Positions 8,151 to 16,291 of a DNA stretch of 32,000 nt are shown here, piece by piece (position 1 is the first letter of the stretch; every line of letters begins with the position of its first letter). The position numbers and the translations under genes are program-made. Below the pieces are notes generated by a model. The model did not search any database, was not told where the DNA came from, and saw only the letters and a list, made by a program, of their open reading frames with translations. The DNA comes from Planctopirus limnophila DSM 3776 (GTDB taxonomy: Bacteria; Planctomycetota; Planctomycetia; Planctomycetales; Planctomycetaceae): contig NC_014148.1 in assembly GCF_000092105.1 (NCBI RefSeq), positions 2,820,001 through 2,852,000 on the forward strand, written 5' to 3'.

Positions 8151-8972
8151 TTATTCGATGACTGCATGACGGGATTGTGGCTTCAATAAAGCCTCGACCG
8201 CCGCTCCGACATCCGGCTGTTTCATCAAAGATTCGCCGACGAGAATGGCCCGCGCACCAGCCAGCTTCAAGCGATCCACGTCAGCCCGGGTACGAATACC
8301 ACTCTCTCCGACCAGCAGCACATCCGCAGGAATTCTTGCTGCCAGTCGTTCCGTCTGCTGCAGGTCTGTCACCATCGTTTTCAGGTTACGATTGTTAATT
8401 CCTACCAGCTTTGAGCCAATTGAGAGGACTCGCTCCAGATGTTCTTCATCATGCAGTTCAATAAGTGTATCCATACCAAGTTCTGTCGCCTTACCGAAAA
8501 GCTCCTCCATCATCGACTGAGAAAGGCATTCGGCAATCAGCAGAATCGCATCAGCTTCCGCCACTCGCGCTTCAAGAATCTGATACGGATCAATCACAAA
8601 TTCTTTTCGCAAAAGCGGAACATCGACGGCTCGCCGTATCTGCTTCAAATAGTCCAACGAACCTTGAAAAAAACGTTCGTCAGTCAAGACACTCAGGCAG
8701 GTGGCACCATGTTGAACATAAGTCTTTGCCAGAGCGACAGGGTCAAAGTCTGCACGGATCAAACCCGCCGATGGACTGGCTTTTTTGACTTCCGCAATCA
8801 GAGCAATATCGTCAGCCTGCTCAATGGCCCGGGCAAACCCACGGGTGGCTGGCAAATCTGCCACTTGTGCCGAAAGCACTGCCGCCGAAACCCGACTTTT
8901 CGCCAGCTTTACTTCATCTCGCTTGTGTTCAACAATTTCATCGAGGACATTTTTACTGGTTGATGTCGTCAA
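8151..8972 (-). CDS. trpC: Indole-3-glycerol phosphate synthase
   Basis: LDEIVEHKRDEV..., IAEVKKASPSAGLIR, CLSVLTDERFFQGS, LRKEFVIDPYQI, VGINNRNLKT, GESGI. The TTG start at 8972 is supported by GGGAGA 6 nt upstream, and there is no nearby ATG. Confidence 0.95.
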   Translation of the reverse strand: MTTSTSKNVLDEIVEHKRDEVKLAKSRVSAAVLSAQVADLPATRGFARAIEQADDIALIAEVKKASPSAGLIRADFDPVALAKTYVQHGATCLSVLTDERFFQGSLDYLKQIRRAVDVPLLRKEFVIDPYQILEARVAEADAILLIAECLSQSMMEELFGKATELGMDTLIELHDEEHLERVLSIGSKLVGINNRNLKTMVTDLQQTERLAARIPADVLLVGESGIRTRADVDRLKLAGARAILVGESLMKQPDVGAAVEALLKPQSRHAVIE

Positions 8973-9055
8973 TCGATTTCTCCCTGTCTGATTTCAAACA
9001 GCAATATAACGGCCTCTTCCCCCTTTGTGGTATCTACTTGAATGGAATCCCGACA

Positions 9056-10033
9056 ATGAATAGCACCATTGCCAGCGGGATTTTCATGTCTGTCGTTGTG
9101 GGAATTTTTGGAGGTTGCCTCGCCAGCACCATCTGGAGTCTGGCCGCTTTTCTTGACCGCGACATGGCCAGCCCGATTCCTAAACGCCAGCTGAGCGATC
9201 AGCAGGCTGCATGGCCCGCACTGGCAACATGGTTGGCCTGCAGTTGGATCCTTTTGTCACTGCTCTTACCTGCCATTCTGCATGTGATCAGTCCCGCACC
9301 AAAACCTGCTGCCGAATTCACCATGAACCAGGTTCTCTTTCTGGTCGCACAGAACACGATCATCATGCTGTTTCTGCTATTGGCCATTGATCCCAGGCGA
9401 TTTCGCGCAGTCGGTATCATCAGCCCGGAACCAGTTCAAGACTTGATTTCAGCGGTGTGGGCCACTCCGCTCATGCTCACTGGTGCCGCGATTCTGCGAA
9501 TTTCTTTAAGCCCGTGGATCAAGCCTGAAGACAGCCATCCGATTCTCAAGATGCTCTCGTTCGATTCTCCATGGATCAACATCGCGCTGCTGTTGTTGAC
9601 AGCTGCGATTGTGGCTCCTCTGTTTGAAGAACTATTGTTCCGAGTCATCCTTCAAGGCTGGCTCACTCGTCTGCTGGGAAGGAACTGGTCCATTCCCATC
9701 GTTGCGATGGCGTTTGCGGCTGTGCATGGCTGGCCAGATGCGGTGCCACTGCTGCTGGTTGGTTTCATGCTGGGAATCCTCTTTGACCGCAGAAGAAGCT
9801 GGCTCTCGGTCGTGGCCCTGCACTCATTTTTTAATGCCACCATGTTGATCATGCAGGTTCTGGCGGTGAACGCGACTCAACCGGCTGCTCCCGAAAAATC
9901 TCCAGTCCCTGAACAACAAAATCCACCGATCACAGCACCCGAAGCCATCGAAGTTTCCTTTTCGCAAAAAGCTGGTATCGCTCTCGAAACGCTATTCGAA
10001 GATCAACTTCCAATGAAAGTCAGGACTTCTTGA
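9056..10033 (+). CDS. CPBP (CAAX/Abi-type) intramembrane glutamic protease family protein
   Basis: A multi-TM protein with the three CPBP motifs: APLFEELLFRVILQGW (EExxxR), FAAVHG (FxxxH) and ALHSFFNA (HxxxN). The start is trimmed to the ATG at 9056 so that it does not overlap the divergent trpC. Confidence 0.8.
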   Translation: MNSTIASGIFMSVVVGIFGGCLASTIWSLAAFLDRDMASPIPKRQLSDQQAAWPALATWLACSWILLSLLLPAILHVISPAPKPAAEFTMNQVLFLVAQNTIIMLFLLLAIDPRRFRAVGIISPEPVQDLISAVWATPLMLTGAAILRISLSPWIKPEDSHPILKMLSFDSPWINIALLLLTAAIVAPLFEELLFRVILQGWLTRLLGRNWSIPIVAMAFAAVHGWPDAVPLLLVGFMLGILFDRRRSWLSVVALHSFFNATMLIMQVLAVNATQPAAPEKSPVPEQQNPPITAPEAIEVSFSQKAGIALETLFEDQLPMKVRTS

Positions 10034-10159
10034 GTTGCACTCAAAGTGCGAGGTCGTCACTTTGACGGCCTTGCATGTATTCTCTTAACAACCATGTTGA
10101 TATTCATGGATGATGGCCTCCACCGGCCCGATCCTGTCGTTCGAATGATCGAGGTTTTC

Positions 10160-11404
10160 ATGTCCGACGCTCAGCCCGCCCTTGCCTTTCCCCCGGTTGA
10201 AGATCAACTCAAGGTGATCTTGCGGGGAGTCGAGAAAGTGGTTCCCGAAGAGGAACTGGCTCGCAAGTTGGCAAAAAGCCGAGAAACCGGCCGTCCGCTG
10301 CGAATCAAGTACGGCATCGACCCCACGGGGATTGATGTGCATCTGGGGCATACCGTTCCTTTGAGAAAGCTGAGGCAGTTCCAGGAACTGGGTCACCAGG
10401 CTGTGCTGATCATTGGCAACTTCACCGCCATGGTGGGTGACCCCAGTGGGCGCGACCAGGCCCGGGCCAAACGTCTCTCAGCCGAAGAAGTCGAAGCCAA
10501 CGCGACAGATTATCTGAAGCAGGTGGGTAAAGTTATTGATCTCTCGAAAACCGAAATTCACCGCAATGGTGAATGGTTTTCCAAGATGACTTTTGCCGAC
10601 ATTCTCACGCTGTGCAGCAAGGTGACTGTCGCCCAGCTTTTGACACGCGATGACTTTGCCAAACGCTATGCCAGCCAGTCACCCATTTTCCTGCACGAAT
10701 GCCTTTACCCTGTGATGCAGGCCTGGGATTCCGTCGAGATCAAGTCCGATATCGAACTGGGCGGCACCGAGCAGCTTTACAGCTTTATGCTGGCTCGCGA
10801 TCTGCAGCGTGACCAGCAGCTTGAACAGCAGTTAGGGGTGATGTCCCCCATTCTGGTTGGGCTCGATGGCAAAAGACGCATGGGGAAGAGCCTGGGGAAT
10901 TACATCGGCATTGCTGAGTCACCACTGGCCATGATGAAAAAGTTCATGCAGATTCCCGATGAAGTCATGCCCATGTACTTCGAACTGTTGACGAATATCC
11001 CCCTTGATGAAGTTCAGCAACTCTTGGCAGGTCATCCCAAACTGGCAAAACAACGCCTCGCCAGAGAAGTCATTGCCCAATACCATACCTCGACAGCAGG
11101 CGATGAAGCGATTCAGCAATGGGAAGCGGAAGTCAGTGCCGGTGCCCTCCCCGCCGACATTGAACAAGTCACCATCGAGGCCTCCGTTGTTTCTAATGGA
11201 ACTGTGACAGCCGCAATCCTTTTCAAACAGGCGGGGCTGTGCCCCACAACTTCCGATGCGAGGCGGCTGATCAGCCAGGGAGGTGCCTACTTTGGGGACG
11301 ATCTCCAGGTGATCAGTTCTCATGACCAGGCGATCCCGATCACGAATGGTCTGCTTCTCAAAGCCGGCAAAAAGCGTTACGCCAGGCTTAACCTCCCCAG
11401 CTGA
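10160..11404 (+). CDS. tyrS: Tyrosine--tRNA ligase (type 2, with C-terminal S4-like domain)
   Basis: HIGH motif (DVHLGH), KMSKS motif (KMGKSLGN), GDPSGR, and an S4-like C-terminus (SDARRLISQGGAYFGDD). The ATG at 10160 is preceded by GAGG. The in-frame extension back to 10046 in the track is probably not translated. Confidence 0.93.
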   Translation: MSDAQPALAFPPVEDQLKVILRGVEKVVPEEELARKLAKSRETGRPLRIKYGIDPTGIDVHLGHTVPLRKLRQFQELGHQAVLIIGNFTAMVGDPSGRDQARAKRLSAEEVEANATDYLKQVGKVIDLSKTEIHRNGEWFSKMTFADILTLCSKVTVAQLLTRDDFAKRYASQSPIFLHECLYPVMQAWDSVEIKSDIELGGTEQLYSFMLARDLQRDQQLEQQLGVMSPILVGLDGKRRMGKSLGNYIGIAESPLAMMKKFMQIPDEVMPMYFELLTNIPLDEVQQLLAGHPKLAKQRLAREVIAQYHTSTAGDEAIQQWEAEVSAGALPADIEQVTIEASVVSNGTVTAAILFKQAGLCPTTSDARRLISQGGAYFGDDLQVISSHDQAIPITNGLLLKAGKKRYARLNLPS

Positions 11405-11466
11405 AATTGCTTCAACATTCAATCTCAACGATTCCAACTGCTTCCAACTCTTGATTGAAATCCACC

Positions 11467-12546
11467 ATGTCTCAAATCGGTTTTGGCATTATTGGATGTG
11501 GCATGATTGCCCATTTCCACGCGAAAGCGATCAAGTCGATTCGCGGAGCAAGCCTCAAGGCCTGCTATAACTCCACCCCGTCCAAGGCGATTTCGTTTGC
11601 GGAAGAGCATGGTGGAGTCGCTTGCAGCACGATTGAGGAACTACTCTCTCGCCCGGATGTCGATGTCGTCTGTGTCTGCACTCCCAGCGGTGCTCACTTA
11701 GAACCCGCTGTGGCAGCAGCCAATGCCAAAAAGCATGTGGTCGTCGAAAAGCCCCTGGAAATCAGCCTCAAGCGCTGCGACGCCATTATCGAGGCCTGCA
11801 CTCGAAACCATGTGCAGCTGTGTGCGATCTTCCCTTCACGATTCAGCCCTGCCAATCTCGCTTTGAAACAGGCGATCGATGAAGGTCGCTTTGGACGGCT
11901 GACTCTCGGCGATACTTACGTCAAATGGTGGCGCAGCCAGGAGTACTACGACAGCGGTGCGTGGCGAGGGACATGGGCACTTGATGGCGGCGGAGCGTAC
12001 ATGAACCAGGCCATTCATAATGTCGATCTGCTTTACTGGCTCATGGGAGATGTCGATACTGTCAGTGGTATCACCTCGACACTGGCCCACGACCGCATCG
12101 AGGTGGAAGACGTGGGCGTGGCCACTTTGAAATTCAAAAATGGTGCCCTCGGCGTGATTGAAGCGACAACCAGTGCCTGGCCCGGCCTGCTCAAACGCAC
12201 AGAAATCCACGGCACAACGGGTTCCGCGATCATCGAGCAGGATCAGATCACTCTCTGGAACTTCGCCAAACCCAAAGCGAAGGATGCAGCCCTTCTGGAA
12301 AAGTATGGGAAAAACTCGGCGATTTCAGGCGGTGCCAGTGACCCGAAGGCGATCAGTTTTCAGAATCATGCCGAGCAACTCAAGGATTTCCTCGCTGCCA
12401 TCAAGACCGGGCGTACGCCGAAAGTCACAGGCGCCGAGGGCCGTAAGTCCGTCGAAATGATTCTCGCCATCTACCAATCATCCTGGAGCGGAAAACAGGT
12501 CCAGCTACCTCTTGCGAAAGATCCAAAGCGACCTGCAAAAAAATAA
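11467..12546 (+). CDS. Gfo/Idh/MocA family NAD(P)-dependent oxidoreductase
   Basis: N-terminal Rossmann motif IGFGIIGCGMIAHFHAKAI, then VVVEKPLE, and a typical C-terminal alpha/beta domain. The start is the ATG at 11467 (the track start is TTG at 11455). Confidence 0.88.
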   Translation: MSQIGFGIIGCGMIAHFHAKAIKSIRGASLKACYNSTPSKAISFAEEHGGVACSTIEELLSRPDVDVVCVCTPSGAHLEPAVAAANAKKHVVVEKPLEISLKRCDAIIEACTRNHVQLCAIFPSRFSPANLALKQAIDEGRFGRLTLGDTYVKWWRSQEYYDSGAWRGTWALDGGGAYMNQAIHNVDLLYWLMGDVDTVSGITSTLAHDRIEVEDVGVATLKFKNGALGVIEATTSAWPGLLKRTEIHGTTGSAIIEQDQITLWNFAKPKAKDAALLEKYGKNSAISGGASDPKAISFQNHAEQLKDFLAAIKTGRTPKVTGAEGRKSVEMILAIYQSSWSGKQVQLPLAKDPKRPAKK

Positions 12547-12653
12547 TTTTCTCCGTTCTGGCGCTAACTTCATGAATCACTGGGCTGCTCTTGTGCCGAT
12601 GATTTTGACTTCAGGATTCTCGGCAATTACCTGCCCCAAGTGGGAAAAAATTC

Positions 12654-13208
12654 ATGCGTGATCTTCATGAACTGCGGCAGAAACATGCGAGTGGTGCAGC
12701 CATCGAATTTCTGTACTTCTGGGGGCATACTCCACCTGAAAATGGCGAAGTGAATCACGCCTGCCTGAGCCAGTGGTACCCCTCTCCCTTCACGATCGAC
12801 GGGGTCGTCTATCCGACGGCAGAACATTGGATGATGGCCTCCAAAGCCAGACTCTTCGGTGATTTTGCCACTCTGGCAGAGATCCGGGCGACCATCAGTC
12901 CGAAAGAAGCCAAAGCCGCTGGACGAAAGGTCCGCGACTTCGATGAAGCCCGCTGGGAGGCCCACCGATTTCGATTCGTCGTCGATGGCAACTGGGCCAA
13001 GTTCACCCAGAACCATACGCTGCGCCAGTACCTCCTGGGGACTGGCACGAAAGTTCTGATTGAAGCGAGCCCCACAGATCACATCTGGGGAATCGGACTT
13101 TCAGAACAAGAGGCGCGAAACTCTTCTCCAGAGCATTGGCCAGGCCTCAATCTCCTGGGATTTGCTCTGATGGAAGTTCGCGAACAGATCTCAGAATTCA
13201 CCTTCTGA
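12654..13208 (+). CDS. NADAR (DUF1768, YbiA-like) family protein
   Basis: FLYFWGH..., CLSQWYPSPFTIDGVVYPTAEHWMMASKARLF, LIEASPTDHIWGIG and LNLLGFALMEVR are the characteristic NADAR/YbiA blocks. Confidence 0.85.
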   Translation: MRDLHELRQKHASGAAIEFLYFWGHTPPENGEVNHACLSQWYPSPFTIDGVVYPTAEHWMMASKARLFGDFATLAEIRATISPKEAKAAGRKVRDFDEARWEAHRFRFVVDGNWAKFTQNHTLRQYLLGTGTKVLIEASPTDHIWGIGLSEQEARNSSPEHWPGLNLLGFALMEVREQISEFTF

Positions 13209-13258
13209 ATCAGATCAGCCTGAATCTGAAGCTCTGATTTTCAGAAAGAAGTGCTGGC

Positions 13259-15946
13259 TCAGGAAACAGACTTCTTTGTGGCTTTCTTGGCTGCCTTCTT
13301 TTTGGCTGTCGCTTTCTTGGGCGTGGCCATCGCTGCCGAAGCAGCCGCCTTTTTCGCCGCAGCTTTCTTGGTCACTTTCTTGCCACCCCGGCGTCCAGTA
13401 CTGCCACCTCCCTTGGCGACTCTCTCATCCAGCAATCGGACAGCCTCTTCTAACGTGACCGAATCGAGTTCCCGCTCTTTGGGAATCGTCGCGTTGGTTT
13501 TGCCATGCTTGATGTAAGGGCCATATTTCCCTTCAAAGATCTGGACAGGATCTCCATCCACCGGATGAGCGCCCAGTTCTTTGAGAGGAGCCACTGGTAC
13601 TCGCACTCTAGCCTGTGCCAGCAGCTCGAGCGCCCGCTCCATCGTCATCTGCAGAATATCGTCTGTCTTGTCGAGCGATTTGTACGTCTTATCGTGATGC
13701 ACATAAGGGCCATACATGCCGATCCCGGCTTTGACCACCTTACCTGTTTCTGGATGTGGCCCCAACGCCTTAGGGAGCTTCATGTATTCGAGTGCGTCTT
13801 CCAGTTTGACGGTCGAAACATCTCGCGTTTTCGGAATCGAAACACGGCGGGGCTTTTCGCCATCTTTCATTTCCCCCAGTTGCAGGTAAGGCCCGAATGG
13901 CCCGATCAGCAAAAAGATGGGCAGGCCACTTTCCGGATCAATCCCCAGCGACTGAGGCCCCTGGCTTTTCTGGGTAATCAGTTTTTCGGCCAATTCATTC
14001 GTCAGATCGGCAGGAGCGATATCGTCGGGGATCGTTGCAGTGACCGGCTGACCATCGCGCTCCCCTTCAAAGAATGCCCCAAACTTTCCGAGGCGAACTT
14101 TAGCGTTCACTCCGTCAATATCGAGCGTGCAGGCTTCGCGAGGATCAATCCCTGCTTCATTCTGCTTGACCTGCTCATCAAGGCCAGTTTCACCTGAGTA
14201 AAACGACTTCAAATAGGGCAGACGCTCTGCCTGACCATTCGCGATATCGTCCAGATCCTGCTCCATGCGGGCGGTAAACTGCAGGTCAACCAGCCGCGAG
14301 AAGTTTTTCTCAAGCAGCTTTGTGACCGCCATGGCCGTAAATGTGGGTACCAGCTGGTTGCCCTGCTTGCGAACATAGCCACGATCCTGAATCGTCCCGA
14401 TAATCGAAGCGTAAGTACTGGGACGGCCAATCCCTTCTTCTTCAAGTGTTTTGACCAACGTGGCTTCTGTGTAGCGGGCCGGTGGCTTGGTTTCGTGTGC
14501 CAGAGCCTGCACTTCCTTACAAGTCAGCTTTTGACCTTTCTCCATGGGAGGAAGTGCTGCTTCAGAATCTTCGAGTGCTCCTTCGGGATCATCGCTTCCC
14601 TCAACATAGGCCCGGAAGAAACCAGCAAATTCGACATGCCGTCCCGTCGCCCGGAATTCCACGTCGAGGGTACCGATTGTCACCGTCTGAAATCGAAGCT
14701 GGGCTTCTGCCATCTGGGTCGCGACGGTGCGCTTCCAGATCATGGCATAGAGTGCCCCTTCCCGACCATTGAGACTCAATTCTTCGGCAGTTTTCATCTC
14801 GACACCCGCCGGACGAATGGCCTCGTGAGCCTCCTGTGCCGACTTGGACTTTGTCGTGTATTGACGAACTTCCGGGTGCAGAAACTCTTGTCCGTATCGA
14901 TTCGTCACGCAGGCACGGGAGGCGGAGATCGCCTCTTGTGAAAGGCTGACGCTATCAGTACGCATGTAGGTGATAAAGCCGTTTTCGTAGAGCCGCTGCG
15001 CAATCTGCATGGTCTCGCGAGCACTTAGACCCAGTTTGCGGTTGGCTTCCTGCTGCAAGGTGCTGGTGGTGAATGGCGGATAAGGTTTACGCGTCTGCAG
15101 CCTGGTTTCGACATTACTGACAACCCAGTCGGGACTCTCTTCCAGTTTTGTTTGAAGAGCCTTCGACTGCGCTTCATCCAGCAGCAACACGTCGGCATCG
15201 GTTTTCAGTCGCCCGGTCGACTCATCGAAATCGCGTCCCTGAGCCACACGCCGGCCGCCGACAGTCGCCAGCGCAGCGTCGAAACGGGCGGAACTTGCTG
15301 TTGCTAATGCCGCCTTGAGATCCCAGTAACTCCCTTTACGAAAAGCCAGCCGCTCCATCTCTCGCCTGACAAGCACACGCACTGCCACCGATTGAACACG
15401 GCCAGCAGATAATCTCGGTGCCACCTTTTTCCAGAGGAGCGGACTGAGCCTGTAGCCGTATAAGCGATCGACGACACGACGAGTTTCCTGTGCTTCCACA
15501 AGATTCTGGTCGAGTTCGCGGGTGTTACGAATCGCCTTTTGAATGGCGTCCTTGGTGATTTCTGAAAAGACCATGCGGCTGACAGGGACTTTCGGCTCCA
15601 GGAGCTTCATCAAATGCCAGCCAATGCTCTCCCCCTCGCGGTCTTCGTCGGTTGCCAGAATGAGCTCTGAACAAGTTTTCAGGGCATCCTTCAACTCTTT
15701 GACCGTCTTTTTCTTGTCTTTGGGTACAACATAAACCGGCTCGAACTGCTGGTCGATGTTGACACCCAGAGTCGCCCACTGCTCTTTTTTGAGTTCTGCG
15801 GGGACTTCGGCTGCTCCGGAAGGCAGATCACGCACATGCCCCATGCTGGCCAGGACAATATAGTCCTTCCCCAGATACTCGCCGATTTTGCGAGCTTTTG
15901 CGGGAGATTCAACGATCACCAGAGCTTTATGCTGCTTTGCTGCCAC
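13259..15946 (-). CDS. topA: DNA topoisomerase I with zinc-less C-terminal repeats and a Lys/Ala-rich tail
   Basis: TOPRIM N-terminus (ALVIVESPAKARKI, ILATDEDREGE) and the active-site region (GFITYMRTDS). Four GxxGPY/F-type C-terminal repeats are present (GKFGAFFEGE, GPFGPYLQLGE, GMYGPYVHHDK, GKYGPYIKHGK). The tail reads GGKKVTKKAAAKKAAASAAMATPKKATAKKKAAKKATKK. The start is GTG at 15944-15946. Confidence 0.97.
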   Translation of the reverse strand: MAAKQHKALVIVESPAKARKIGEYLGKDYIVLASMGHVRDLPSGAAEVPAELKKEQWATLGVNIDQQFEPVYVVPKDKKKTVKELKDALKTCSELILATDEDREGESIGWHLMKLLEPKVPVSRMVFSEITKDAIQKAIRNTRELDQNLVEAQETRRVVDRLYGYRLSPLLWKKVAPRLSAGRVQSVAVRVLVRREMERLAFRKGSYWDLKAALATASSARFDAALATVGGRRVAQGRDFDESTGRLKTDADVLLLDEAQSKALQTKLEESPDWVVSNVETRLQTRKPYPPFTTSTLQQEANRKLGLSARETMQIAQRLYENGFITYMRTDSVSLSQEAISASRACVTNRYGQEFLHPEVRQYTTKSKSAQEAHEAIRPAGVEMKTAEELSLNGREGALYAMIWKRTVATQMAEAQLRFQTVTIGTLDVEFRATGRHVEFAGFFRAYVEGSDDPEGALEDSEAALPPMEKGQKLTCKEVQALAHETKPPARYTEATLVKTLEEEGIGRPSTYASIIGTIQDRGYVRKQGNQLVPTFTAMAVTKLLEKNFSRLVDLQFTARMEQDLDDIANGQAERLPYLKSFYSGETGLDEQVKQNEAGIDPREACTLDIDGVNAKVRLGKFGAFFEGERDGQPVTATIPDDIAPADLTNELAEKLITQKSQGPQSLGIDPESGLPIFLLIGPFGPYLQLGEMKDGEKPRRVSIPKTRDVSTVKLEDALEYMKLPKALGPHPETGKVVKAGIGMYGPYVHHDKTYKSLDKTDDILQMTMERALELLAQARVRVPVAPLKELGAHPVDGDPVQIFEGKYGPYIKHGKTNATIPKERELDSVTLEEAVRLLDERVAKGGGSTGRRGGKKVTKKAAAKKAAASAAMATPKKATAKKKAAKKATKKSVS

Positions 15947-16126
15947 GGAGAGTACCTGATGAAGTCTGGAACCAAGTCCACATTGAACTCCCTACCTGGG
16001 AACCCCTTGCGGAAAATGACTGGTTGTCAAGAAACGCTGCTTAAGCCAGTCGTGGAACTTGTGCGGGTTATGCGGAAAGCTAGAATGCGTCCCTGTCTGC
16101 CATGCACCTAAACAGAAACAGACAAG

Positions 16127-16158
16127 GGAATTCGTTCCAAGGCATAAGGAATTGTTCC
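16127..16158. promoter_or_regulatory. Pair of GGAA-N3/4-TTCC dyads (candidate operator) in the topA / chaperone-gene divergent region
   Basis: GGAATTCGTTCC at 16127-16138 and GGAATTGTTCC at 16148-16158, about 20.5 bp centre to centre. They are flanked by GGGAA (16126-16130) and TTCCC (16155-16159). Confidence 0.25.
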
Positions 16159-16291
16159 CGCAACTGTCAAGCGCTGACCACTGGGGTTGACGTAAAGGAA
16201 GACAAATTGCGGAATAGTTTGATTCTGAACAAATCATCACAGACACAAACCACAACTACGTTTGACTGAACATCAGGCAGAGGAAGCAAGA

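Noticed and set aside
9056-10033. CPBP/Abi-family protease as an abortive-infection or bacteriocin-immunity gene
   Set aside because: It is a stand-alone gene between trpC and tyrS. It has no bacteriocin, toxin or phage-defence neighbours. The context argues for a housekeeping membrane protease.
10046-10159. 38-codon N-terminal extension of tyrS in the track
   Set aside because: The extension starts at a non-ATG codon and has a hydrophobic, odd sequence. The ATG at 10160 has a GAGG RBS and gives a canonical TyrRS N-terminus.
13209-13258. Short nested inverted repeats (AATCAGA/TCTGATT, TCAGAT/ATCTGA) between the convergent NADAR and topA genes
   Set aside because: The stems are only 6-7 bp, AT-rich and have large loops. 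This is not strong enough to call a bidirectional terminator.
13251-14197. Plus-strand ORFs 13251..13517 (Phe/Leu/Ala-rich, looks like a membrane peptide) and 13505..14197 (230 aa)
   Set aside because: They are antisense to topA. The first is simply the complement of the Lys/Ala-rich tail codons (AAG/GCC read as CTT/GGC).
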